Assembly (NCBI RefSeq): GCF_037042905.1
Contig: NC_087251.1
Location: 28,956,001 to 29,020,000 of the forward strand
Direction of reading: 5' to 3'
DNA length: 64,000 nt
DNA from: Lytechinus pictus
Lineage: Eukaryota
A model generated the notes under the pieces. That model saw nothing but the letters and a program-made list of their open reading frames with translations. It did no database searches and was not told the origin of the DNA. Shown piece after piece: positions 9,801 to 20,104 of this stretch (the first letter of the stretch is position 1; the number at the start of each line of letters is the position of its first letter). The translations under genes were made by a program, and so were the position numbers.

Positions 9801-11825
9801 TTATATTATAATTTTCAAATTAAACGGGTCTGGAAAAAAGACTTTGCACTTTTGTGCTATATCATGGACCTATTACAATAGGTCCATGGCTATATAAACG
9901 CATTACCATAGGATCTTAGTTTAGAACGGATTCGCCAAAAATCCCACCAAATTTATTACATTTGTGGGTAAAGTCATTATTACATTTGTGGGCGATCCAA
10001 AATTATTACATTTGTGGGTAAAGTGCATTATTACATTTGTGGGTGAAAGTATTACATTTGTGGGTAAAGTGTTATTACATTTGTGGGCGTTATTACATTT
10101 GTGGGTAAAGTGTTATTACATTTGTTGGCGTTATTACATTTGTGGGCGTTATTACATTAGTGGGTGCAACAGGGTGTAGCTTCTAAAATTGCATTCACTT
10201 TGAATGTTGCCTATTTGACGAATCGATGTTTCATTGAAAAGTCAGTTACTAAATACTTTATAAAATCTCCACGGATATAGCTATTCACAGCCTTCATTCT
10301 GCGATATATAAGAGCTTAGTTTTCGGGGGTAATAACTATGCATAATGTATTTTGTTCTTACCTTGTAGTCACTGTGACAGCAAGCCGACAACGCAGATAC
10401 CTGTCCACGAGAACAAGAGTGTTGACGAAGAGGTCATCCAAATGCTGCAAACCAGCGTCACATGTCAAACTCTCAAACTCGATGACCTCTCGACCTTTGA
10501 CATGGAATGGACTGTAAAGGTAATGCCGATCAAAATCATCTTTAATACATGCACAATATCTCAAATATGACACTGATTTAGATCGGAAAGACAAGTTAAA
10601 ATAGATAATGATAATGTTGTATTAATTTTATTTTTACTTAAGATTTGAACCCTAAATGTAAACACAAAACATTGACACACACTTCAATCGATTAATACGA
10701 ATTACCCTTTCTATATAGTTGGATTGAAGGACATTTTTTCATTCATTTGGCAGAGCCTGGAAACGCTCGTGGAGATTGGGCGGGGCAGCTACGGTCGCGT
10801 CCTTCTAGCACGTCATCGTTCCACAGGCGTCCCTCTTGCGGTCAAAGAACCGTCTTGGTCAGACGATTTTGCCTCGCCCGGTGAAATGGTTGAGGAACTC
10901 AAGGCAACAAGGACCAGAGCTACAAAGGAGGCACTGATCCAACAGTTGTTGTCAGGAAGTCCCTACTTTCCAAAGTTATGGGGTACGCTAGACCTCGGAA
11001 ACGAACTCTGCCAGGCCGTCGAGTTCATCGGATGCAAGAAGACAGGCACTGGCTACCCTCTCCACGCACCACCACGTCTATCAGTCAGCAACGTTGTCAA
11101 GATCGCAGAGGATATCGTCAAGGGAATGAAGGAGTTCCATGATCACGGACTTCTCCATAATGACTTGAAGAATGATAACGTGCTGTTAGAAAAACGCGGC
11201 AAACGATACAACGCCGTCATCATCGATTTCGGCATGGCGAGCACAATGACGGCACCAGCAAAAATGGTTGGGGTCACCAAAGAACTGAAAATGGCATATG
11301 TGCACGGAGGGGAGGCGGACTACATAGCACCTGAGGTTGTCCTGGATGAACAGCCGACATCAGTTGCTTCAGACGTGTTTTCGATCGGCCGTATCTTTTC
11401 GGATATGGGAGAGATATTCGAAGGTAATTATCGAATCTTTATCACCATCTCATATATTGAATGGAAAACTCGCTGTTCACAAAATAATACATGTCTAAAA
11501 AAAAATCTGTTCATGAAATATTTAAACCGCAACCATTTTCTTGATTCTCCTTTTGATTTTCACCCATTCATTGAATATCATTTTGTTCAATGCATAATTA
11601 TCTCCGTTTCCTTTGCTTCTCTTTATGTTTCTCCTAACTTCAGATCTCCACTCTCCCGTGGTTCGAACACTGACCAAGATAGGATCTAAGTGCATGGCAA
11701 ATGATCCTGATCACCGCCCAAGCCTTGATACCATCCAAACTCAAATCGACAAACTCCAACGGCCAAGTAGATGGAGGCGTGTCAAGCGATGGTTCGCAAG
11801 AAAACTACATCTACGCAGAAAGTAG
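3808..11825 (+). CDS. Ser/Thr protein kinase, copy 1: join(3808..4034,10369..10519,10754..11423,11644..11825); intron 1 expanded by a foldback insertion
   Basis: Exons and GT-AG sites are intact as in the other copies. Intron 1 is 6334 bp rather than ~219 bp. Whether this copy is expressed is unknown. Confidence 0.75.
4066..4280 (+). repeat. Outer-arm minisatellite with CCCACAAATGTAATAA core (left arm)
   Basis: About 9 copies of the core with short variable linkers. The reverse complement lies at ~9953-10165. Confidence 0.92.
4387..4925 (+). repeat. Inner-arm ~53-bp tandem repeat (CCAGACCC.GTTGTTT..AAAATTATAATATAAGTCCAAAGTCTTTTT)
   Basis: About 10 consecutive copies, with degenerate derivatives continuing to ~7270. 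Reverse-complement copies (GGGTCTGG) occupy ~7520-9850. Confidence 0.9.
6043..6226 (-). mobile_element. ~184-bp SINE: 7SL/Alu-like head, Pol III A and B boxes, Deu-like core motif, (CA)n tail
   Basis: The minus strand reads ACTAGGCGTTGTGGCATGCGCCAGTAATCCAAGCTATGTGGGG...GGTTCGAGCC...CGTCTTTCGGATGGTGACGTTAAA...ACACACACACATAC. It is flanked by TAGC repeats (6039-6042, 6227-6230). The paralogous empty site at ~7220-7245 lacks it. Confidence 0.75.
6454..6888. other. ~435-bp insertion of unrelated sequence inside the foldback arm
   Basis: It interrupts the arm motif gttgaataac|atggaaatatagcg and has TAAC on both sides (6450-6453, 6889-6892). It begins with a G-run and has no evident TIR. Confidence 0.6.
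8323..8504 (-). mobile_element. MITE copy B (same family as 41-225, inverted), nested in the foldback
   Basis: Reverse-complement match to 41-225 with termini CAGGGACC...GGCCCCTG. AGGTT is duplicated on both sides. Confidence 0.85.
9953..10165 (-). repeat. Outer-arm minisatellite (right arm), TTATTACATTTGTGGG core
   Basis: Reverse complement of 4066-4280. The spurious ORFs 4062..4268(-) and 9964..10179(+) give nearly the same translation. Confidence 0.92.
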
Positions 11826-13531
11826 TCCCACTATAACTCATATTTTGGCACCATCTGATAATAAAATCACCATGAAAACATTCATTGTTCCTCATTGTTT
11901 TCTTTCGCTCACATTCTAGAAGAAAATGTTATCAAAGTTAAGATTTTCCATCTTCAAGATGTTTCTCTGGATAACCCTATCCACTTCATGAGATTTTATT
12001 CCATGTTGAGGTTTACTGGTATTATTTTCAACTAGAAAACAAAATGTGCTCCAAATAAATAATAAGAACAGCAGCAGATGTAATGATGGCGACGACGATT
12101 GTGAGGAAAAGGGGGAGTAAATCATAATATCAATGATATTAAGAATAATGACAAAATGATAAGGAGGATGTCTATTATTCTCACAAATATCACTCAAAAC
12201 AATAGTAGAGATAGTGAGAAGAGGGAGAGAGATAAAAAGAGACATCGAGGGAAAGTGGGTGCACATTTTTGCGGAAGTCAGAGTAGAATAAAAGATAGAA
12301 AGAGAGAGGGAGGGGCTAGGGTTGTGGTGGCTATGTTTGAAGATACATAATAAAAACGTGACCTTGAGAGGGAGACATTTAAGTTTCAAAGCGGTATCGT
12401 TATGGTGTCACGCGCGTAAAACATTCCCCATAGACTTGTGTGTTAAAATGACACTTTTGAAAAATTCATAAAAAATAAACGTGAAATTAGAGGGCCGAAT
12501 GTTTACTACCATTGGATAGGATATATATCTGACCAGAGAAGGGTATCGTAGCCGGCTCATTTTAAAAATAAATCGCCATTTATGAAGATAACTATGATGG
12601 GATCAAATTTATCGACTGTAACAGTAAAATAGCCCTAATTCGTCCGCCAGTCAAAAAAATAGTTCCAAAGTCATTTTATATCTTCCCGATTTGGGCAAGG
12701 GAAGTTCAGTAGTTACCATTTTTAGAATCAGTGTTAGATTTTCAATCATATTCATACACTTTTGTCAATCAGCAATATCTAATTGAAAAAAAATTCGAAT
12801 GGGTTGGGTCGAATGAATATCTTTAGCCCTCCTGTTGTAATTAGGCTCATGGAACCTTTATATACCCTGCTCTGTCTGCTATCAGCGGTAGATTCCCAAC
12901 ACTCCCCTAATAATTTGTACCTTAAGCCTTAATAAAATTTTCATTACAAACCATCATTGCATTATTCAAGATAATCATGAATTGTTATTCCCTCTCCTTA
13001 AGTCTACCCACTCTGAGACCTATAATTATCCTTCACTGAATGTCTCAACATCGATATTCAAGCAGAAAGATCACTCCCTAGCAATTTCTCATCCGGCGCT
13101 GACAAGATTGATATCCAAATTCTCCTATGAAGCTTGTTTTGAAAAAATACTAGAATCACATTTTACTTCCTACATACAAAAAAATACTAACGAGCAAAAT
13201 GTGTTTTAAAGGTTATTCAACAAAAACATATAAATCATCAGAAAGTTACAGAAACTAGAATCTTACCCCGCCCCCCCCCCCCATCACGTATTTTCATCTG
13301 TCGCTTGTCATTCTTTCTCCCTCTCCCTCAAACGTGAAATAGGCATAATTACAATGATCAAATGAAAAACACAGGAACATAACATCTGATTCGGACAAAT
13401 AAAGCTCATAAAAGTGCAAGTAAGGAAAAACATGCGAATCGACACTCTTGTGTTTTCGAATCGCCAGAAAATTTTGGTTTTGTACGCTGATTCTCCGGCG
13501 CGCACAATATATTGGGAAATGTGCCGTTTGA

Positions 13532-13860
13532 TACGCGCTCTCATTCGCTGAAAGTTTTGACCTAATATGACGACACAATGGTCAATAGGGTATGCAACAC
13601 TGATTCTTCTACGCTCATGTTGGGTACGCGTTTTCATTGGCTGAAAGTTTTAAGCTAATGACGAAACAATGGTTGACAAGGGCGCACTTTGAATGGTATC
13701 TTTGAGTAACAAACAGTGACGTTCCTTGTCTCAGTTTTGATTTAGCTCTCGGAGTGCAACTATTGCTTCTTCCTCGCTTTCGAAACTTTTCTTCAATTGA
13801 ATTACCCAATTCAATCGATTCGTTCTCAAGTAAATTGGCCATTTCTGACCAGGTAATCGA
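13532..13860 (+). promoter_or_regulatory. Putative promoter / 5' non-coding exon region of the kinase unit (shown for copy 2)
   Basis: Locally CpG-rich, with two diverged direct repeats (ACGCG...CATT.GCTGAAAGTTTT...TGACGA.ACAATGGT), a reverse CCAAT (ATTGG) and TGACG half-sites. A candidate donor CAG|GTAATC lies at 13852/13853, with candidate acceptors at 14152 or 14211. No transcript evidence. Confidence 0.35.
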
Positions 13861-14222
13861 ATTGCAACGGATCGCTCCTGAAAACTATCAAATCTTATTA
13901 GATTGAGTTAAATTAATTCTTTTTACACAATAGTTTAACACCTATTCAACATGTTTTAACAAGTTATTTGCAAGAAATCCAAAATATCTAGTCAATTTAC
14001 ACAAGACGTAAAGATTGACGGGAAATTAATTATATTGAGGGAGAAGGAGAGAGTGAAAGAAAGAAAAAAAAGTCAAGTGATTTTCTAGTCATGTTGCTTG
14101 AAATCGAATCTAAGAATACATATGTCGACTTACTGAACCTAACTTGTTTCAGAGCATCGCATGATTATGTCACAAATGATTTTACGTATCATTATCCAAT
14201 AACTATCTCAGAAACTTTGAAA

Positions 14223-16125
14223 ATGGCAGACATCAGTATGTCAGCTCAGAGAAAACGAAGAGCTCAACGCATGGCAAATCGGCCTCGACGACTAGCCCAA
14301 GGACCAGTGTCGGATCACGGTGATGAGATCCTTCAAGCCATTGAGTTAGTCAAAGCTAAGCAAGAAGCTGAAGCTTACCCTGGTGGTGATTTCCTTGAGG
14401 CGAAGGACCAGGAAACCCACACTCCTGAAAAATCGACCTCTATCTTAAGGTAGGACTTTTTTAGGGGGGGGGGGTGTAGCTTCTAAAATTGCATTCACTT
14501 TGAATGTTGCCTATTTGACGAATCGATGTTTCATTGAAATGTCAGTTACTAAATACTTTATAAAATCTCCACGGATATAGCTATTCACAGCCTTCATTCT
14601 GCGATATATAAGAGCTTAGTTTTCGGGGGTAATAACTATGCATAATGTATTTTGTTCTTACCTTGTAGCCACTGTGACAGCAAGCCGACAACGCAGATAC
14701 CTGTCCACGAGAACAAGAGTGTTGACGAAGAGGTCATCCAAATGCTGCAAACCAGCGTCACATGTCAAACTCTCAAACTCGATGACCTCTCGACCTTTGA
14801 CATGGAATGGACTGTAAAGGTAATGCCGATCAAAATCATCTTTAATACATGCACAATATCTCAAATATGACACTGATTTAGATCGGAAAGACAAGTTAAA
14901 ATAGATAATGATAATGTTGTATTAATTTTATTTTTACTTAAGATTTGAACCCTAAATGTAAACACAAAACATTGACACACACTTCAATCGATTAATACGA
15001 ATTACCCTTTCTATATAGTTGGATTGAAGGACATTTTTTCATTCATTTGGCAGAGCCTGGAAACGCTCGTGGAGATTGGGCGGGGCAGCTACGGTCGCGT
15101 CCTTCTAGCACGTCATCGTTCCACAGGCGTCCCTCTTGCGGTCAAAGAACCGTCTTGGTCAGACGATTTTGCCTCGCCCGGTGAAATGGTTGAGGAACTC
15201 AAGGCAACAAGGACCAGAGCTACAAAGGAGGCACTGATCCAACAGTTGTTGTCAGGAAGTCCCTACTTTCCAAAGTTATGGGGTACGCTAGACCTCGGAA
15301 ACGAACTCTGCCAGGCCGTCGAGTTCATCGGATGCAAGAAGACAGGCACTGGCTACCCTCTCCACGCACCACCACGTCTATCAGTCAGCAACGTTGTCAA
15401 GATCGCAGAGGATATCGTCAAGGGAATGAAGGAGTTCCATGATCACGGACTTCTCCATAATGACTTGAAGAATGATAACGTGCTGTTAGAAAAACGCGGC
15501 AAACGATACAACGCCGTCATCATCGATTTCGGCATGGCGAGCACAATGACGGCACCAGCAAAAATGGTTGGGGTCACCAAAGAACTGAAAATGGCATATG
15601 TGCACGGAGGGGAGGCGGACTACATAGCACCTGAGGTTGTCCTGGATGAACAGCCGACATCAGTTGCTTCAGACGTGTTTTCGATCGGCCGTATCTTTTC
15701 GGATATGGGAGAGATATTCGAAGGTAATTATCGAATCTTTATCACCATCTCATATATTGAATGGAAAACTCGCTGTTCACAAAATAATACATGTCTAAAA
15801 AAAAATCTGTTCATGAAATATTTAAACCGCAACCATTTTCTTGATTCTCCTTTTGATTTTCACCCATTCATTGAATATCATTTTGTTCAATGCATAATTA
15901 TCTCCGTTTCCTTTGCTTCTCTTTATGTTTCTCCTAACTTCAGATCTCCACTCTCCCGTGGTTCGAACACTGACCAAGATAGGATCTAAGTGCATGGCAA
16001 ATGATCCTGATCACCGCCCAAGCCTTGATACCATCCAAACTCAAATCGACAAACTCCAACGGCCAAGTAGATGGAGGCGTGTCAAGCGATGGTTCGCAAG
16101 AAAACTACATCTACGCAGAAAGTAG
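14223..16125 (+). CDS. Ser/Thr protein kinase (non-RD), copy 2: join(14223..14449,14669..14819,15054..15723,15944..16125), 409 aa
   Basis: GT-AG introns of 219, 234 and 220 bp with matching phases 2/0/1 give a spliced length of 1230 nt. Motifs GRGSYG, AVK, alphaC E (TKEA), HNDLKNDN, DFG, YIAPE and DVFSIG are present, and subdomain XI (DPDHRPS) comes from exon 4. The start codon is inferred. Confidence 0.9.
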
Positions 16126-16159
16126 TCCCACTATAACTCATATTTTGGCACCATCTGAT

Positions 16160-16165
16160 AATAAA
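16160..16165 (+). terminator. Polyadenylation signal AATAAA (shown for copy 2; present in every unit)
   Basis: AATAAA lies ~35 nt after the TAG stop and is followed by T/GT-rich sequence. Confidence 0.55.
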
Positions 16166-18202
16166 ATCACCATGAAAACATTCATTGTTCCTCATTGTTT
16201 TCTTTCGCTCACATTCTAGAAGAAAATGTTATCAAAGTTAAGATTTTCCATCTTCAAGATGTTTCTCTGGATAACCCTATCCACTTCATGAGATTTTATT
16301 CCATGTTGAGGTTTACTGGTATTATTTTCAACTAGAAAACAAAATGTGCTCCAAATAAAAAATAAGAACAGCAGCAGATGTAATGATGGCGACGACGATT
16401 GTGAGGAAAAGGGGGAGTAAATCATAATATCAATGATATTAAGAATAATGACAAAATGATAAGGAGGATGTCTATTATTCTCACAAATATCACTCAAAAC
16501 AATAGTAGAGATAGTGAGAAGAGGGAGAGAGATAAAAAGAGACATCGAGGGAAAGTGGGTGCACATTTTTGCGGAAGTCAGAGTAGAATAAAAGATAGAA
16601 AGAGAGAGGGAGGGGGGGGGAGGGGCTAGGGTTGTGGTGGCTATGTTTGAAGATACATAATAAAAACGTGACCTTGAGAGGGAGACATTTAAGTTTCAAA
16701 GCGGTATCGTTATGGTGTCACGCGCGTAAAACATTCCCCATAGACTTGTGTGTTAAAATGACACTTTTGAAAAATTCATAAAAAATAAACGTGAAATTAG
16801 AGGGCCGAATGTTTACTACCATTGGATAGGATATATATCTGACCAGAGAAGGGTATCGTAGCCGGCTCATTTTAAAAATAAATCGCCATTTATGAAGATA
16901 ACTATGATGGGATCAAATTTATCGACTGTAACAGTAAAATAGCCCTAATTCGTCCGCCAGTCAAAAAAATAGTTCCAAAGTCATTTTATATCTTCCCGAT
17001 TTGGGCAAGGGAAGTTCAGTTGTTACCATTTTTAGAATCAGTGTTAGATTTTCAATCATATTCATACACTTTTGTCAATCAGCAATATCTAATTGAAAAA
17101 AAATTCGAATGGGTTGGGTCGAATGAATATCTTTAGCCCTCCTGTTGTAATTAGGCTCATGGAACCTTTATATACCCTGCTCTGTCTGCTATCAGCGGTA
17201 GATTCCCAACACTCCCCTAATAATTTGTACCTTAAGCCTTAATAAAATTTTCATTACAAACCATCATTGCATTATTCAAGATAATCATGAATTGTTATTC
17301 CCTCTCCTTAAGTCTACCCACTCTGAGACCTATAATTATCCTTCACTGAATGTCTCAACATCGATATTCAAGCAGAAAGATCACTCCCTAGCAATTTCTC
17401 ATCCGACGCTGACAAGATTGATATCCAAATTCTCCTATGAAGCTTGTTTTGAAAAAATACTAGAATCACATTTTACTTCCTACATACAAAAAAATACTAA
17501 CGAGCAAAATGTGTTTTAAAGGTTATTCAACAAAAACATATAAATCATCAGAAAGTTACAGAAACTAGAATCTTACCCCGCCCCCCCCCCCCCATCACGT
17601 ATTTTCATCTGTCGCTTGTCATTCTTTCTCCCTCTCCCTCAAACGTGAAATAGGCATAATTACAATGATCAAATGAAAAACACAGGAACATAACATCTGA
17701 TTCGGACAAATAAAGCTCATAAAAGTGCAAGTAAGGAAAAACATGCGAATCGACACTCTTGTGTTTTCGAATCGCCAGAAAATTTTGGTTTTGTACGCTG
17801 ATTCTCCGGCGCGCACAATATATTGGGAAATGTGCCGTTTGATACGCGCTCTCATTCGCTGAAAGTTTTGACCTAATATGACGACACAATGGTCAATAGG
17901 GTATGCAACACTGTTTAACACCTATTCAACATGTTTTAACAAGTTATTTGCAAGAAATCCAAAATATCTAGTCAATTTACACAAGACGTAAAGATTGACG
18001 GGAAATTAATTATATTGAGGGAGAAGGAGAGAGTGAAAGAAAGAAAAAAAAGTCAAGTGATTTTCTAGTCATGTTGCTTGAAATCGAATCTAAGAATACA
18101 TATGTCGACTTACTGAACCTAACTTGTTTCAGAGCATCGCATGATTATGTCACAAATGATTTTACGTATCATTATCCAATAACTATCTCAGAAACTTTGA
18201 AA

Positions 18203-20104
18203 ATGGCAGACATCAGTATGTCAGCTCAGAGAAAACGAAGAGCTCAACGCATGGCAAATCGGCCTCGACGACTAGCCCAAGGACCAGTGTCGGATCACGG
18301 TGATGAGATCCTTCAAGCCATTGAGTTAGTCAAAGCTAAGCAAGAAGCTGAAGCTTACCCTGGTGGTGATTTCCTTGAGGCGAAGGACCAGGAAACCCAC
18401 ACTCCTGAAAAATCGACCTCTATCTTAAGGTAGGACTTTTTTAGGGGGGGGGGTGTAGCTTCTAAAATTGCATTCACTTTGAATGTTGCCTATTTGACGA
18501 ATCGATGTTTCATTGAAATGTCAGTTACTAAATACTTTATAAAATCTCCACGGATATAGCTATTCACAGCCTTCATTCTGCGATATATAAGAGCTTAGTT
18601 TTCGGGGGTAATAACTATGCATAATGTATTTTGTTCTTACCTTGTAGCCACTGTGACAGCAAGCCGACAACGCAGATACCTGTCCACGAGAACAAGAGTG
18701 TTGACGAAGAGGTCATCCAAATGCTGCAAACCAGCGTCACATGTCAAACTCTCAAACTCGATGACCTCTCGACCTTTGACATGGAATGGACTGTAAAGGT
18801 AATGCCGATCAAAATCATCTTTAATACATGCACAATATCTCAAATATGACACTGATTTAGATCGGAAAGACAAGTTAAAATAGATAATGATAATGTTGTA
18901 TTAATTTTATTTTTACTTAAGATTTGAACCCTAAATGTAAACACAAAACATTGACACACACTTCAATCGATTAATACGAATTACCCTTTCTATATAGTTG
19001 GATTGAAGGACATTTTTTCATTCATTTGGCAGAGCCTGGAAACGCTCGTGGAGATTGGGCGGGGCAGCTACGGTCGCGTCCTTCTAGCACGTCATCGTTC
19101 CACAGGCGTCCCTCTTGCGGTCAAAGAACCGTCTTGGTCAGACGATTTTGCCTCGCCCGGTGAAATGGTTGAGGAACTCAAGGCAACAAGGACCAGAGCT
19201 ACAAAGGAGGTACTGATCCAACAGTTGTTGTCAGGAAGTCCCTACTTTCCAAAGTTATGGGGTACGCTAGACCTCGGAAACGAACTCTGCCAGGCCGTCG
19301 AGTTCATCGGATGCAAGAAGACAGGCACTGGCTACCCTCTCCACGCACCACCACGTCTATCAGTCAGCAACGTTGTCAAGATCGCAGAGGATATCGTCAA
19401 GGGAATGAAGGAGTTCCATGATCACGGACTTCTCCATAATGACTTGAAGAATGATAACGTGCTGTTAGAAAAACGCGGCAAACGATACAACGCCGTCATC
19501 ATCGATTTCGGCATGGCGAGCACAATGACGGCACCAGCAAAAATGGTTGGGGTCACCAAAGAACTGAAAATGGCATATGTGCACGGAGGGGAGGCGGACT
19601 ACATAGCACCTGAGGTTGTCCTGGATGAACAGCCGACATCAGTTGCTTCAGACGTGTTTTCGATCGGCCGTATCTTTTCGGATATGGGAGAGATATTCGA
19701 AGGTAATTATCGAATCTTTATCACCATCTCATATATTGAATGGAAAACTCGCTGTTCACAAAATAATACATGTCTAAAAAAAAATCTGTTCATGAAATAT
19801 TTAAACCGCAACCATTTTCTTGATTCTCCTTTTGATTTTCACCCATTCATTGAATATCATTTTGTTCAATGCATAATTATCTCCGTTTCCTTTGCTTCTC
19901 TTTATGTTTCTCCTAACTTCAGATCTCCACTCTCCCGTGGTTCGAACACTGACCAAGATAGGATCTAAGTGCATGGCAAATGATCCTGATCACCGCCCAA
20001 GCCTTGATACCATCCAAACTCAAATCGACAAACTCCAACGGCCAAGTAGATGGAGGCGTGTCAAGCGATGGTTCGCAAGAAAACTACATCTACGCAGAAA
20101 GTAG
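18203..20104 (+). CDS. Kinase copy 3: join(18203..18429,18648..18798,19033..19702,19923..20104); Ala>Val after the alphaC Glu
   Basis: Same structure as copy 2. GCA>GTA at 19211 changes KEAL to KEVL. Preceded by the 331-bp deletion. Confidence 0.88.

Larger units (their letters stand above)
4060..10171. mobile_element. 6.1-kb non-autonomous foldback-type DNA element with modular long inverted arms
   Basis: Termini are TGTTACACCCAC / GTGGGTGCAACA with a 5-bp TSD GGGTG (4055-4059, 10172-10176), confirmed against the empty site in 10 other copies (...gggtgtagcttc). Tandem-repeat modules are mirrored between the arms. No transposase ORF. Confidence 0.92.

Noticed and set aside
4060..10171. LTR retrotransposon or solo LTR (TG...CA ends, 5-bp TSD)
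   Set aside because: The ends are long inverted repeats rather than direct ones, and there is no gag/pol, PBS or PPT.
10724..11689. 321-aa single-exon kinase ORF (and its 10 repeats) as the real CDS
   Set aside because: It starts at a TTG in intron 2 and its C-terminal part is intron 3 read-through. Splice sites and phases give a 4-exon model that restores subdomain XI.
13265..13283. Unit-to-unit length variation of poly-C and poly-G tracts as a regulatory code
   Set aside because: 1-4-bp homopolymer differences are equally explained by slippage or long-read consensus error.
11916..13842. Short recurrent ORFs in the spacer (157, 64, 75, 94, 109, 75 aa)
   Set aside because: They have no recognisable domains and many have non-ATG starts. 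They recur only because the unit is repeated, and indels disrupt them in some units.
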